This document shows, piece after piece, positions 30,866 to 42,227 of a DNA stretch of 64,000 nt. The notes beneath the pieces are model-generated. The model made no database searches and was not told where the DNA came from. It saw only the letters and a list, made by a program, of their open reading frames with translations. This stretch comes from Candidatus Bathyarchaeota archaeon. Its GTDB lineage: Archaea; Thermoproteota; Bathyarchaeia; Bathyarchaeales; Bathycorpusculaceae. The stretch lies in NCBI GenBank assembly GCA_963782525.1, contig CAWAKC010000012.1:14703-78702 (forward strand). Reading direction: 5' to 3'. Both the position numbers and the translations under genes were made by a program. How positions within the stretch are numbered: position 1 is the stretch's first letter; each line of letters begins with the position of its first letter.

Positions 30866-31585
30866 ATGGAGCAAAAAACAACCCAAGACTACCTCAAAGC
30901 CATCTACAGCCTAGCAAGAAACGGAGACCTAATCAGCAACAGCGAAATCTCCCAAAAACTAAACGTAGCACCAGCCAGCGTAACCGAAATGCTCAAAAAA
31001 CTATCCGAAGAAGGCTACGTAAAATATTCACCCTATCACGGCAGCACCCTCACCGAAAAAGGGCTCCAAGAAGCACAGAGAGTGACAAGGAAACACCGCT
31101 TGCTCGAAATCTTCCTCTCCGATATTTTACACATTGGAAAAGACAAAGTCCACAAGGAAGCTTGTCAATTAGAGCATGCCCTCTCAGACGAAGCAGAAGA
31201 GTCCCTGTGCCGCCTGCTAAAACATCCAGATACCTGCTCCGATGACGGCAAAACCATACCTGCCTGCGATTTGCCCTTCTCGAACTGTGAAGAATGCATT
31301 CAACTCCACAGTCAAGGTCTAGAGGAAGTGGGAAAAAGAAAAGAAAACTTAGTTGCATTAAGCGAGTTGAAAAGGGGGCAATCAGGCAAAATCTCCTTCA
31401 TTAGAGGCGGTCATAACGTGCTTCAGCGGCTCTTAGATATGGGGTTAGTACCCAGTACAAAGATAACTCTGTTGAAAGCGGCGCCGTTTGAGGGACCTAT
31501 CGAGGTTTTGGTGCGAGGATCAAAATTAGCGCTCGGCAGAGGTATCGCATCAAAAGTTTTCGTTGAAGTTGAACATAAGAGTTGA
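30866..31585 (+). CDS. DtxR/MntR metal-dependent repressor with C-terminal FeoA domain
   Basis: QDYLKAIY, ASVTEMLKKL, RKHRLLE.FL, EACQLEH; RLLDMGL..GP..V.VRG..LALGRG. Confidence 0.93.
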   Translation: MEQKTTQDYLKAIYSLARNGDLISNSEISQKLNVAPASVTEMLKKLSEEGYVKYSPYHGSTLTEKGLQEAQRVTRKHRLLEIFLSDILHIGKDKVHKEACQLEHALSDEAEESLCRLLKHPDTCSDDGKTIPACDLPFSNCEECIQLHSQGLEEVGKRKENLVALSELKRGQSGKISFIRGGHNVLQRLLDMGLVPSTKITLLKAAPFEGPIEVLVRGSKLALGRGIASKVFVEVEHKS

Positions 31586-33579
31586 GGAGGTTACAAACTT
31601 TGTCATGCCATCCCAAAGTCAATTCGAAGGGTCTAACATCCAAAAAAAACCCGAAACAATTGACTTTTGCGCTTGCAGGAAACGCTAACGTGGGCAAAAG
31701 CGTAATCTTCAACCAACTCACGGGATCAAATCAGATAATCGGTAATTGGCCCGGAAAAACCGTGGATCGTGCAGAGGGTACATTAAGTTATGAGGGCTAT
31801 GAAATAAAAATTATAGACTTGCCGGGAATCTACTCGTTTTCGACATTTTCTATGGAGGAACTTGTTTCAAGAGACTACATTGCTCTTGAAAAACCCGACG
31901 TGGTCATAAACGTTGTTGACGCTTCAGTTTTGGAAAGAAACTTGTTTTTTACCCTGCAATTGCTTGAAATGCAGGCGCCCCTGGTCTTATGCGTAAATCA
32001 AGTGGATGTTGCCAAAAGCAAGGGCATGATACTTGACAAGGAAAAGTTGCAGCAAGCCCTTGGTGTGCCCGTCGTTTTTGTGGTGGCAACTCGGGGCGAA
32101 GGCATCTATGAACTCATGGGTGAAGCCGTAAACGTTGCCCTGTCAAAACCAAAAACCAAGAGGCTAAGATACCACCTAGACATGGAAGAAAGCATAGAAA
32201 AACTAAAACAGATTATAGCAAAAGCCAACCTTTCACTCCAGTATCCACCCCGTTGGCTTGCGATAAAACTGCTTGAAGGAGACACCGAAATCGTCAAAGC
32301 CGTATCAGCCCAATCAAGAGCAGTCATCGATTCTGCCTTAGCCATATCAAAAGAAATGTCTAGTAAATGTCAAGAAGCGTGCTTCTCTCTTATCGCTTCT
32401 GAGCGGTATGCGCTTGCAAGTTCCATCGCCGCTTCTGCTCTCCAGCAAAGTGAAGTAAAGAGCACTTTCTCTGAAAAACTCGACTGGTTAACCACCCATA
32501 GAGTGCTGGGATATTTTACGTCTGTGGGAATAATTGCTGGGTTGCTGCTTTGGACATTTTTTATAGGGAATGGGCTGTCTAATTTGATTTCAAGCGGCTT
32601 AAGCTTCATTAAACCAATTGACCCCACTTTATCCGCCTCCCAACCTATTCTGTCGATTGTTTTGAACGGTGTTTGGGGCGGATTCAACGCTGGATTAACC
32701 TTGATTATACCCTTCGTCATACCGTTTTACCTACTGCTGGCTTTGGTTGAAAACTCAGGCGTCCTCACCCGCGTAGCCTTCGTGATGGATAGCGCCATGC
32801 ACAAGATGGGCTTACACGGCAAAGCCCTAATCCCGATAATTTTGGGTTACGGCTGTAACGTGCCTGCGATTCAAGCCTGCAAAATCATGGAGACCCGACG
32901 CGAGCGATTACTGGCCGCGTTCGCGATTACTTTTGCGCCGTGTTCCGCCCGAACCATTGTGCTCTTTGGCATGGTGGGCTTGTTTGTTGGCATTCAGTGG
33001 GCGCTGTTGCTCTATGTGGTTGATGTTGCCGTAATCTTCGCGTTAGGCAGAATCGCTATGAAAGTGGTTCCGGGCAAATCGACGGGGTTGATTATGGAGA
33101 TGAGCAGCTTCAAAATGCCCTCGCTTAAAGTTGTGCTGAAGCAAACGTGGGCCAGAACCAAATCAATCATCTATATAGTGTTCCCGATTTACATCATTGG
33201 CAGCGCACTACTACAAGCCCTCTACGTTTACAACGTGTTAACGCCCATCAGCAATGCACTCTCGCCCTTGACGGTTTGGTGGCTGGGCTTACCCGCCGCT
33301 GCAGGAGTCCTCCTCATATTGGGCACCGTACGCAAAGAATTCGTGCTCCTTGGCGCCGTTGCAATTTTTGGCACCACTAACTTGGCACTGTACTTCTCAT
33401 CCGTTCAGCTGGTGGTGATGGCTTTGGTGGCGATGCTCTACATCCCCTGTGTGTCAACTGTGGCGATTCTGGGAAAAGAATTCGGTTGGAAAGCCGCAGC
33501 AACCATATCGCTGGCAAACATTGCTGCAGCAGTGTTAATTGGTGGAATGGCATTTAGGCTGCTGACTCTATTTGTCTAA
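31582..33579 (+). CDS. feoB: Ferrous iron transporter B
   Basis: [36 protein letters not shown]. Confidence 0.96.
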   Translation: MRRLQTLSCHPKVNSKGLTSKKNPKQLTFALAGNANVGKSVIFNQLTGSNQIIGNWPGKTVDRAEGTLSYEGYEIKIIDLPGIYSFSTFSMEELVSRDYIALEKPDVVINVVDASVLERNLFFTLQLLEMQAPLVLCVNQVDVAKSKGMILDKEKLQQALGVPVVFVVATRGEGIYELMGEAVNVALSKPKTKRLRYHLDMEESIEKLKQIIAKANLSLQYPPRWLAIKLLEGDTEIVKAVSAQSRAVIDSALAISKEMSSKCQEACFSLIASERYALASSIAASALQQSEVKSTFSEKLDWLTTHRVLGYFTSVGIIAGLLLWTFFIGNGLSNLISSGLSFIKPIDPTLSASQPILSIVLNGVWGGFNAGLTLIIPFVIPFYLLLALVENSGVLTRVAFVMDSAMHKMGLHGKALIPIILGYGCNVPAIQACKIMETRRERLLAAFAITFAPCSARTIVLFGMVGLFVGIQWALLLYVVDVAVIFALGRIAMKVVPGKSTGLIMEMSSFKMPSLKVVLKQTWARTKSIIYIVFPIYIIGSALLQALYVYNVLTPISNALSPLTVWWLGLPAAAGVLLILGTVRKEFVLLGAVAIFGTTNLALYFSSVQLVVMALVAMLYIPCVSTVAILGKEFGWKAAATISLANIAAAVLIGGMAFRLLTLFV

Positions 33580-33590
33580 AACTTTTTTCT

Positions 33591-33995
33591 TTAGATTAAG
33601 TACATCAATATGTATACTATTTCTCCTGAGAGGAATGCAAACCACCATATCGGAAAGAGAATCTTGGCAAGTTTGCCGTGCCATTTGCTCGATGTTTTCC
33701 GTCGAACTAGTAAAATTCCGAGGGCGAGAACTGCAATTTCCAAAGCCATAACTATGACTGCGATTGCACCGTGGATTCCAAAGTAAACCGTCAAAATTGG
33801 GGTCATCGTTATTGTTACGGTGCGGAGTAGCATGTAGCCGATGGACAGGGATAAGTCCCATACGATGGCTATTGCGCCTGTGACTGGATGGATGCTTTTT
33901 TTGCCTCTTCCGCTTAGATAAGCGTGGACGAAGAGGAATGCTACGGGAATTAAGCCTATTGCGACTATTGTGCTTTCAAGGGGAGCATTGGTCAT
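33591..33995 (-). CDS. DUF420-like 4-TM protein
   Basis: Four TM helices with conserved-looking His residues. Confidence 0.65.
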   Translation of the reverse strand: MTNAPLESTIVAIGLIPVAFLFVHAYLSGRGKKSIHPVTGAIAIVWDLSLSIGYMLLRTVTITMTPILTVYFGIHGAIAVIVMALEIAVLALGILLVRRKTSSKWHGKLAKILFPIWWFAFLSGEIVYILMYLI

Positions 33996-34037
33996 GGTTT
34001 TTGCCTTTTGCTGGTATGGGGAGTTTGCGGTTGCTAA

Positions 34038-34853
34038 TTAAGTTGGTGACGCCTTTTCTTCAGATTTATTTGGAGCATCGACAATTTTTGCTATCGCAAC
34101 CGCGCCAGTGAGGACACTGTTGTTTAAGAAAACTATCTCTTTACCTGAATCTAAAAGTACGGTAGTGTGAAAACCGGTGAGTTCTTTGACTGTGCCTTGC
34201 TCATTCATGTAAGAAGTGATTACTCTGTCGCCTACCCCGTAATGCAGTCTACTTTCGAATGTAGGCTCAGGCTTACGTACAGACGTTATGATTACTCCGC
34301 CCGATGCGACGGCACTATTTGGAATAGTTATTTGCCCCACATCAGTTCTTATACGCATAACAAGAGCAGTCATGTCGACTACTTTTCCAGGCACGTTGTT
34401 CACCATCACATCTTCACCAATCTTGAACTGGTAAGTGGTGAAGACCAGGGCGCCTGAGAGTATACCGCCGACGAAGGTTGAGATGACCAAGCCGACAGTA
34501 ACCGAGATGATACCGGCACTAGTTAAAAGCGTAGAAAGCGGCACACTAAAAAATCCTAAAACAACAAACAATACGACGAGAACCGCAAGCACGAAGGAGA
34601 AAAACTGAATTATTGTCGCTACCTGAAGCCCAATGAAAGGCGTCAAGAGCGCTTTAACACGGCGTAAGAAGAGGAGTACGACTGAAGAGAAGACGAAAAC
34701 TATGCTTATATCGGCTAATCGATGCAAGAAGGTAGGCAAGTTTATGGCTCCGGCAATAAAAAGTTCAAAGAAAGCTATGGTGCCAGCAGCTATGATTACA
34801 ATGAAGATTAGGAAAGCCGCCAGTTTTTTGAGTGAATTAAAGATACTTGCCAA
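34038..34853 (-). CDS. mscS: MscS-family mechanosensitive channel
   Basis: 3 TM helices, FKIGEDV, ITIPNS, duplicated beta domain. Confidence 0.8.
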   Translation of the reverse strand: MASIFNSLKKLAAFLIFIVIIAAGTIAFFELFIAGAINLPTFLHRLADISIVFVFSSVVLLFLRRVKALLTPFIGLQVATIIQFFSFVLAVLVVLFVVLGFFSVPLSTLLTSAGIISVTVGLVISTFVGGILSGALVFTTYQFKIGEDVMVNNVPGKVVDMTALVMRIRTDVGQITIPNSAVASGGVIITSVRKPEPTFESRLHYGVGDRVITSYMNEQGTVKELTGFHTTVLLDSGKEIVFLNNSVLTGAVAIAKIVDAPNKSEEKASPT

Positions 34854-35064
34854 AGTAATTCTTCCTGTGCACTATTGTCGAGGGTATTTCTATAGTTTTC
34901 TAAGTAGCGGCATCAATGTTAGCAACTATTATATTGAATAGTAGAGTACTCTAAACTATGAGCGATAGAGCTCCGAATTGTCCTTGCCCAAAAAAAGATT
35001 GCCCACGCCATAGCAACTGCACAGAATGCGTACGCCATCATAAAGAAAAAAATGAAAATCCATA

Positions 35065-35322
35065 TTGCGCAAGGTAACCTTCATGGTCAAATGTTCAGAG
35101 GCGGAAGCGCGAAAGCAACGGGAAAAAATCCAAGCGCACTTTTGGAATATCGTTGGTGCAACCGAGCACATTAACATACCTAAACTGGAAGATGCCATAA
35201 AAAAGGAATTTAATACCGATGACGACAGGTTTGTTCAAGCACAAATTAGGCTTATGCAGACTGAGTCGAGGGTAAGAGTGCAGAACAAAGTGAAAGTTTG
35301 GATAAAACAGTCAGAAACCTAA
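35065..35322 (+). CDS. Small hypothetical protein (possible winged helix)
   Basis: 85-aa ORF with protein-like composition. Confidence 0.5.
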   Translation: MRKVTFMVKCSEAEARKQREKIQAHFWNIVGATEHINIPKLEDAIKKEFNTDDDRFVQAQIRLMQTESRVRVQNKVKVWIKQSET

Positions 35323-35600
35323 ATTCTACCGGCTGTTTGGCGGTTCGCAACAGGTTCCACAACCACCTGAGTTCATGCGTGACTTTTCACGACTGGCAGT
35401 TAACGGCAAGTTGCCACAATAATTTACCTTAGGCACAGTGCGTTAGAAGTTGTTGTTGTTGTTACAACTGCATTCTGCACACCTGGTTGCAACAACAATC
35501 AAAGACAAACCCAAAAATCGGCAATTGCGTGTCTGCAAGAAGACAGAAAAAAACTTAAATGCTTAAACGTCTGCTCCTCTCAACATAGGAAGATGCAGAA

Positions 35601-36188
35601 ATGCAAGCGATAGGTATTATCTTATTATTAATCAGTATAGGAACAGTCGTTGGTCCCGTTGGGGCAGTAGCAATCGTTTACCGTGACGACCTATCACAGC
35701 TTGTCATAACGCCACAAATTAGAGACATCATGAACGGTAACAGCAACATCTTCCCCCAAAGCAACAACGGCAACCAAAACAGCAATGGCGATTCAGGTCT
35801 TGGCGGATTGATGAGTCCAACTTTTGTAAGCGCTCAAAGTGACATAATAACCCAAACGTTTAGCGCTGTTTTCAGTGTCACTAACAGCTACAACTATGAC
35901 TTGACACTAAACAGTTTTAGCGCCAACGCACTAATTACTCAACAACAGATATCAGCCGGCAGCATAAGCCTTGCCAACCCCGTCACGGTTCCTGCTGGCC
36001 AAACTTCCCAGTTAACCCTTACGGGGCAGTGGACACAACAAGCCCAAGAATATATAATAGCTAACTATCCTACCTCGACATCAATCGACATTTTCGTTAA
36101 AGATGTAACGATAAACATCAACGGGATAACAGTCGAGTCTTCGGGCACCATAGAAGTTGGGAATGTCCCGTTTAGCATAGTAGGGTGA
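35601..36188 (+). CDS. Membrane-anchored beta-sandwich (LEA2-like) protein
   Basis: N-terminal TM helix, VTNSYNYDLTL, VTVPAGQT. Confidence 0.7.
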   Translation: MQAIGIILLLISIGTVVGPVGAVAIVYRDDLSQLVITPQIRDIMNGNSNIFPQSNNGNQNSNGDSGLGGLMSPTFVSAQSDIITQTFSAVFSVTNSYNYDLTLNSFSANALITQQQISAGSISLANPVTVPAGQTSQLTLTGQWTQQAQEYIIANYPTSTSIDIFVKDVTININGITVESSGTIEVGNVPFSIVG

Positions 36189-36781
36189 GTTTATTGTACA
36201 ACAAAATCAACATCCTCGCTTTGATTGCTGGAATATCAACCTTCATTCTAATAGTCGTCTCGATTTTTGTCCCATGGTGGCAACTGGCAGTTGGAAGCCC
36301 AGCGTTCGCCTCCGTTAACGTTTCTCCCGTTAACTTGAACCTTGACCTTTTAGGCAACGTCTTCACGATTCCAATAATTTACGCGTTGAATATAGCCAGC
36401 GCACTAACGTTAGCTGCCGGCGGCATAATTATGCTCATCTACTCAGTCAGGCCTAACCGAACCTACTCGAACAAGTTGCTTGGGTTCGGATACAAAAAAC
36501 CACTCTATGCAGTGATCCTCTTCATCATTTCAATGTTTGGGTTAAGTTATCTGGTGCAGAGATTTTCAGGTTTTGCTTTTCCACTGTTGGGTTCAAGTTC
36601 CCTCTCGCTTCCGCAGGGTATGGCTCCTGATGGCGTAAACATCAAAGTTGCTGTTTCAGCAGGGTTCGGGTGGCCGTTCTATTTTGCAATAGTGGTCGCA
36701 GGATTATGTGTTGCTGCGAGGCTCTACCATGGAAAAGTAAAGGTGGACACGGCGCTACCGCCTCCACCGCCTCAACAATAA
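36185..36781 (+). CDS. 4-TM membrane protein
   Basis: Hydrophobic helices, PWW motif; GTGA overlap with the upstream gene. Confidence 0.75.
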   Translation: MSLLYNKINILALIAGISTFILIVVSIFVPWWQLAVGSPAFASVNVSPVNLNLDLLGNVFTIPIIYALNIASALTLAAGGIIMLIYSVRPNRTYSNKLLGFGYKKPLYAVILFIISMFGLSYLVQRFSGFAFPLLGSSSLSLPQGMAPDGVNIKVAVSAGFGWPFYFAIVVAGLCVAARLYHGKVKVDTALPPPPPQQ

Positions 36782-36938
36782 ATTAAACTTGATAAGCTGG
36801 GAACCAGAAAACATCTCTAATTCCCAAAAAAGATCGGAGTTAACAAGCGCCAACACAACAGTTTAGCAAACAATTCAGTTAACACTTGGTAAAGTTATAA
36901 ATAAAACATCTACCAATATATCACGTAGGTTTTCTTGA

Positions 36939-37322
36939 TTGTTTATTTCCAACAAGCCATCTATACTAATCATAGATGACGATACAGCCATTCTGAGAAC
37001 TTTCACAAAGATTTTTCAGCTGAAAGGCTTTTGCGTAGCAGTTGCAGAAAAAGGCAAAGAAGCCATGGAAAAAATAAGCAGCAGTCACTTCGACGTTGCG
37101 TTGATTGATTTATGCCTCCCCGATATGGAGGGAACCGCACTTTTCCCATTAATCCGCCGTACCTCACCCAATACAGTAAAGATTGTGCTCACAGGAAAAA
37201 TGCTCGGGCAAAACAACATCGAAGGCGCAGATGCCCTTCTGGGAAAACCCATTGCCCCAGACGAACTGTTAAGCGTAATCGACAGCAAACTAAAGAAGAG
37301 AAATATGGAAATCAGTGTGTAA
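36939..37322 (+). CDS. Stand-alone response regulator receiver
   Basis: ILIIDDD, LIDLCLPDMEG, LTG, KP. Confidence 0.9.
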   Translation: MFISNKPSILIIDDDTAILRTFTKIFQLKGFCVAVAEKGKEAMEKISSSHFDVALIDLCLPDMEGTALFPLIRRTSPNTVKIVLTGKMLGQNNIEGADALLGKPIAPDELLSVIDSKLKKRNMEISV

Positions 37323-37572
37323 TGCGAATTTACCTTGGAAAATATTAGCGGGACTTCACCGAACACGACTACATGTTGAAATCAATGGTGAGCCAGTTGC
37401 GTCTGTTTATAATAAATGGGTTACGCTTGGAGATGAAATCGGCGTTTCAATCACAGGTGCATAGATCATAGGGTAATCTTGGATACAGTAATCGTTATCG
37501 AACATGTCGAGGTCACTGAAAGGCAAAGAAATAGTTCGTGACCAATAAAAATTTTTGCGTTTTAAGTTAGAA

Positions 37573-37812
37573 TTATTTGATTATTTCGCCGAACGCTATT
37601 TTTTTTCCGACTTGATTGATTTTTATTTTTACACGTTCTCTTGGCTTAGCTTTTGGAACCTGAATGACATAGCCTTGAATTTTGGACATGCCATCGCCGT
37701 TTGGACATATGTCGATGATGTTTACTTCTAATTCGTCTCCTACATCAACGGGGGCTTTTTTCTCAGCGTGATTAATTTTGTATTTGCCGCCACGTACTCT
37801 TCTATGGACCAA
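37573..37812 (-). CDS. Single TRAM-domain RNA-binding protein
   Basis: PVDVGDELEVNI....GDG..KIQGYVI.VP. Confidence 0.85.
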   Translation of the reverse strand: MVHRRVRGGKYKINHAEKKAPVDVGDELEVNIIDICPNGDGMSKIQGYVIQVPKAKPRERVKIKINQVGKKIAFGEIIK

Positions 37813-38254
37813 TCCAAAACCTCGTTTTATTTTACTTTTAAATGGAGACTTGAGCGCTTAAGTCTTCCGCAGGTTGTGGTAAATTAAATTGTTTTTTCAA
37901 GGTTTTATGAATCTTTGTTTTCAAAACAAGACATTAAACGCAAAAAGAGGCATAACTCCTATATGTCAGGTGCAAGTTTGAATAGCACAGATCGATATGA
38001 ACCCAGAAAATTATAAGTCGATAAGAAACAAGCCAAAACGCAACAGCGCCATTAGCAAATCCAAAATCCGAATGCTTGCAAAAGTAAAGTTGACCTCCAC
38101 GTCTACTCCAAAACTACGTTCAATCTACAACACAAAAACTGAATGGGCAATAAAGACAATGCCTAAACTAAAAGAATAGAAAATTGGCATTTTAGACTAT
38201 TATTCTAAAATTTAGAACAGTATTTTTCACTATTTTCAAAACATTGAGTTTACA

Positions 38255-39259
38255 TTAGGTTGGCAGGGGTATTGGCTGGTCAAGGTGGAATACTTCCTTC
38301 AGCAGCGGCTCTAGTGAGTAGCGCGCTAGCAAATTCTCGTTGTAATTGGTTAATATTTGGTGGTCACCGTTTGGAATTTTAATGAAGTAGGTTTCAACAC
38401 CTGCTGTCCGAAGCTTTGCCACGAAGGACTCGGCAACTTGTATGGGAACTACCATGTCGCTGGTCCCATGTATTATGCAGAAAATGGGGTCATCCGACGA
38501 GATGTAAGTTGCGGGCGAAGCCTCAATCCAAAGATCAGCGTTCGTTCTGTAACTAACGTTGCCCAAGGCAGCGGTTGTAATATTATAGATGAGGGATTTG
38601 GATTGGTATTTTCCGATATACTCTAAATCTGTAGCGCCCGAGTAATCGACAACTAAACGGACTTGACTTTTTATTTTTGCGTCTCCACTTGAGCTTATAA
38701 TGAAGGATTCATTTCCTGAAAGGGTACCTTCCAACGAGGCAAGTTGAGCCCCTGCACTATAGCCTAGAACTGCCAGCCGATCAGGGTCAATATTCCAAAA
38801 ATTAGCGTTCTCTTTGATGAAACGAACTGATTCAACCAAATCCTGGATGTTATCTGGCCAGGCAGTTTTGTTCGGTGTTGAAAGTGTATAATCGATTGCG
38901 AAGCCAGCTATGCCTCGTTGAGCGTAGAAAGTCGCTGTGTAGTTGTAGTCACTTCGGCTACCTCTGACCCACCCACCCCCATGGACATATATGATTGCAG
39001 GGAAAGGTCCCTTGCCTACCGGAAGATAAACATCCATAACACGATATGGGCTGGAATCATTCGAGTATGAAACACCAGTCTGTACGGTGCAGTTTGTGAT
39101 TTCCGGAAGCAAGTTTGCGACGTTTTCATTAGTTGAAGGGGAGTTTACTCGTTGATTGGCTAAAAACGCAAGTAGGGAAAGCATAATAACTGCTAGAAGG
39201 ACCAAAGCCGATACGACAAATTTGGTCTTCACTACTTGTTTTCTCCTTGAACCGAACAC
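38255..39259 (-). CDS. Membrane-anchored alpha/beta hydrolase (HSL-like esterase)
   Basis: HGGGW, GYSAG, HGTSD.VVP, GDH. Confidence 0.9.
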   Translation of the reverse strand: MFGSRRKQVVKTKFVVSALVLLAVIMLSLLAFLANQRVNSPSTNENVANLLPEITNCTVQTGVSYSNDSSPYRVMDVYLPVGKGPFPAIIYVHGGGWVRGSRSDYNYTATFYAQRGIAGFAIDYTLSTPNKTAWPDNIQDLVESVRFIKENANFWNIDPDRLAVLGYSAGAQLASLEGTLSGNESFIISSSGDAKIKSQVRLVVDYSGATDLEYIGKYQSKSLIYNITTAALGNVSYRTNADLWIEASPATYISSDDPIFCIIHGTSDMVVPIQVAESFVAKLRTAGVETYFIKIPNGDHQILTNYNENLLARYSLEPLLKEVFHLDQPIPLPT

Positions 39260-39277
39260 TGCGTCCCTAACCTATAT

Positions 39278-40441
39278 TCAATCCTTCAAACTTAATTGCT
39301 TTACCCAAAACCCTTCATCTGGCATAGCAACTGCAGGAACCTGTGCAGGCGCCCCAGTTTTATGATATTTTTTCCACGCGATAAATACAAGCGGCAACCC
39401 AAAAAGCAAAACAACAACTCGTACAGCTTGATAAGCATAGAATTCTATGCCTCCATCCAAAAAGAAACTATCCGACGCCCCAAAAATATAGGTCAGTATT
39501 AGGTAACTGATGAAGGGCTCTAATAGATAGATGAAGGCGCTTCTAGTTGCGATTTGTTTTGCGAAACCGTTTTTTGGCACCTTTATTTTTCTTAGGAACA
39601 GCAAAGCCAGCAAGACTAAACCTAAAGTTAGAACGATGCTTCTAAAGTTAAAGTAGAGTTGTGACTCGAAGCCTGCAACAACGTTAGCGTAAGTGAATAA
39701 CCCTGAAAAATCAAATGAAAAAAAGATGACCAGCGGAATTACCAGCGCAGCCATCTTGAAATTCATGATGCGGTCGTAAATTTTGAATTTACTTACATAA
39801 AAGCCAAATATGAACACTAAGAAAAACTGGCTAAACAGTTGACCCGGCCGAAAAGGCGAATCGTAGACCCAGAGCGTAATGGTGCTAAGCCACATCAGTG
39901 AAACTGCGAACACCTGAATTTTTAAGCTCTTGAAACATTTTTCTGTTAAACAAATAATCAGCATAAATGCTAAAAGATACGGAATAAACCACAGCGATGA
40001 CCAATTATAGATTGAATTTAGACGGTCAAAAATATTCAGCATCGAAAGCTGGGATCCAAGTTTAATTAGGTCAAAACTTTTTTGGGCCAGAATATTTTGA
40101 AACATAAAATAGAAGATGGTGGCTCCCATAAACGGAATGTATAATTTCTTGGCTTTGGTCTTAAAAAACTGTTGAAGGCTGTTTTCTCGAACGTGAAATG
40201 AATCGTATACTAGGAACCCACTTATGAAGAAGAAAGCACTCAACAAGAACCATTGAACAGGATAAACGACCCCCGGATAAGCGAAGATGAGGTCACTATG
40301 AACGAAAAGCAGCAGAATCAGCGCAAAAATTTTCAGGTAGTTGAATTCAGATACTAAACGTGAACGCGGCGAGTCATGAATCGTGTGATTATTCTTTAAA
40401 GATATCCCCCTCGTCAAAGATAGGTAATTTCTCAAAAGCAA
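39278..40441 (-). CDS. Acyltransferase family 3 membrane protein
   Basis: LKIFALILLLFVH, FFFISG, LWFI; multiple TM helices. Confidence 0.8.
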   Translation of the reverse strand: MLLRNYLSLTRGISLKNNHTIHDSPRSRLVSEFNYLKIFALILLLFVHSDLIFAYPGVVYPVQWFLLSAFFFISGFLVYDSFHVRENSLQQFFKTKAKKLYIPFMGATIFYFMFQNILAQKSFDLIKLGSQLSMLNIFDRLNSIYNWSSLWFIPYLLAFMLIICLTEKCFKSLKIQVFAVSLMWLSTITLWVYDSPFRPGQLFSQFFLVFIFGFYVSKFKIYDRIMNFKMAALVIPLVIFFSFDFSGLFTYANVVAGFESQLYFNFRSIVLTLGLVLLALLFLRKIKVPKNGFAKQIATRSAFIYLLEPFISYLILTYIFGASDSFFLDGGIEFYAYQAVRVVVLLFGLPLVFIAWKKYHKTGAPAQVPAVAMPDEGFWVKQLSLKD

Positions 40442-40679
40442 CCATAATGTGCATAATTAGCGTTGCGGTTTGGAAAAAAACAAACCTAAGGGGGCAATAA
40501 CTCGTAAATCAAGCGAGAGAGCATCCATAGCGATAATGGAACACGCTTGACCCGTTTGGAAGGTGATTAAAACAAGGATGCTTTTGAGCCAGCAATTTAA
40601 CCCTTCAGCTCAAACTATGCTGCAAAATAGGAACCTTTTATAATCGATAATTCTCTTCATCAAAGGAAAGTGAAATTGT

Positions 40680-40913
40680 ATGACTGAATCTGTCCAAAAA
40701 AGAGTTCAAGCAGCACTCGACGAGATCAGGCCTCAAATCCAACTTGACGGCGGAGACGTAGAGCTTGTTACAGTTGAAAAATCGACTGTGAAAGTTCGAT
40801 TAGTTGGACACTGTGCAGGCTGTCCCATGTCGGCTATGACGCTTAAAAACGGTGTCGAAGCCCTCATCAAAGAACGCGTGCCAGAGATACAGAAGGTTGA
40901 AGCGGTAACATAA
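40680..40913 (+). CDS. NifU/Nfu-like Fe-S carrier domain protein
   Basis: IRPQIQLDGGDVELV, GHCAGCPMS. Confidence 0.92.
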   Translation: MTESVQKRVQAALDEIRPQIQLDGGDVELVTVEKSTVKVRLVGHCAGCPMSAMTLKNGVEALIKERVPEIQKVEAVT

Positions 40914-41230
40914 GTTAAGCTTCGCAATCTTCATCTACCTATTTTCTTATTCCTTTAAAAATAAATATCTTTGGATTTTGCTTTTTTAATAATTATTTGT
41001 TCTGTAATAAAACCGAATATCATATTTATTGTTCTGGAAGAAAACAATTATGGAAGGCTCGGGAATTTTTGAGAAATGTAACACTTACGCTCAGCGCTTC
41101 CAAACCAACCATGGGGAAAACCTATAAAGAAAATCGCTGAATGGACAAATAAAATTAATTCCTGATATAAGCAAGCGCAAAAATTTTTTATTTTTTTCTT
41201 ACTATCGTTTTCATAGACCGAGGCTGTTGA

Positions 41231-41557
41231 TTACCTGGCCAGATTTGGCATCGATGACCAAACGATTTTGTTACCTTTATGGTCGTACTTCGCGAACCAG
41301 ACCGGAGCATGAAGCGACTCAACGTCGCCAACATCTGAGTCAGTGTGCAACGATTGAATCATAGGGAACTTTTCAGGAGCCTTTTGTGACTGAAGCTGTT
41401 CAACCAAGGTTTTCGCTTGTGATTTGGCTACTTCTTCGCTGATGTCCCCGTTAAGAATCCGAACGTCCTTTGGCAGCTTAGAAATGTCAAAGAGCTCTCT
41501 GCCCTCCAGGTTGAATTGGCACTCACGGCTACTTCTCTCTATCATTAGCACCCTCAA
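41231..41557 (-). pseudogene. Gene fragment of unknown family
   Basis: No plausible start; LHAPVWFAKY motif; adjacent to other gene debris. Confidence 0.35.
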
Positions 41558-41622
41558 CTGACATTTTACTGTATATTTTCCTGGATCTGGTTACAAGCGA
41601 GTATTACCCTGTTTCAGATCAA

Positions 41623-42143
41623 GTGTTTGAAAGGCTTGAAGCATTCAATCAGAAGGCTTTGAGGCTTTTTAGGGAAAGATCAAGACAAACTTATGGTGAC
41701 TTTGGGCTGCAATTAATTGAGGTTAGAGAAAGGCTTGTCGCGCTTAGACAGAGGTTAAGTCCGTTCCGCGAGATTATGGGAAGAATCACAAGAGGAGAAT
41801 TTGCCTTGGTGCAGGGAGTTAACCTTCCCCATTTCGGAGACCTCTACGACCGAACAATCCAACTTGTCGAGTTGTTGACGCTCACAGAGAAGACACGAGC
41901 AACATCAGAGACATCTTAGCCAACGTTCAAACAATAAACACAAACAACATAATCAGGGTTCTCACGATAATTTCAGCTATTTTCCTACCGTTAACTTTGA
42001 TTGCTGGAATTTATGGCACAAACTTCACCTCAGGAGCTATTCCAGAAACAGGAAACCCTTACGGCTTCTATATAATGCTGGGAATAATGGCTACGATAGC
42101 TTCTATTCTTGCATTGATTTTCAAGCTGAGAAGATGGATCTAA
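41623..42143 (+). pseudogene. corA: CorA Mg/Co transporter 3' fragment, frameshifted
   Basis: FGDLYD; the shifted frame gives NNIIRVLTIISAIFLPLTLIAGIYGTNF...PE. Confidence 0.75.
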
Positions 42144-42227
42144 ATCGGGTCAATGGATTTGAATTGGACCTGAGAAGCTGCAATTTTATAAAATGACGGC
42201 AGTCTAATAAGGACAATAAACCAATCA

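Noticed and set aside
35340-35540. Replication origin
   Set aside because: No ORB-like G-string boxes, no AT-rich unwinding element and no cdc6/orc1 nearby
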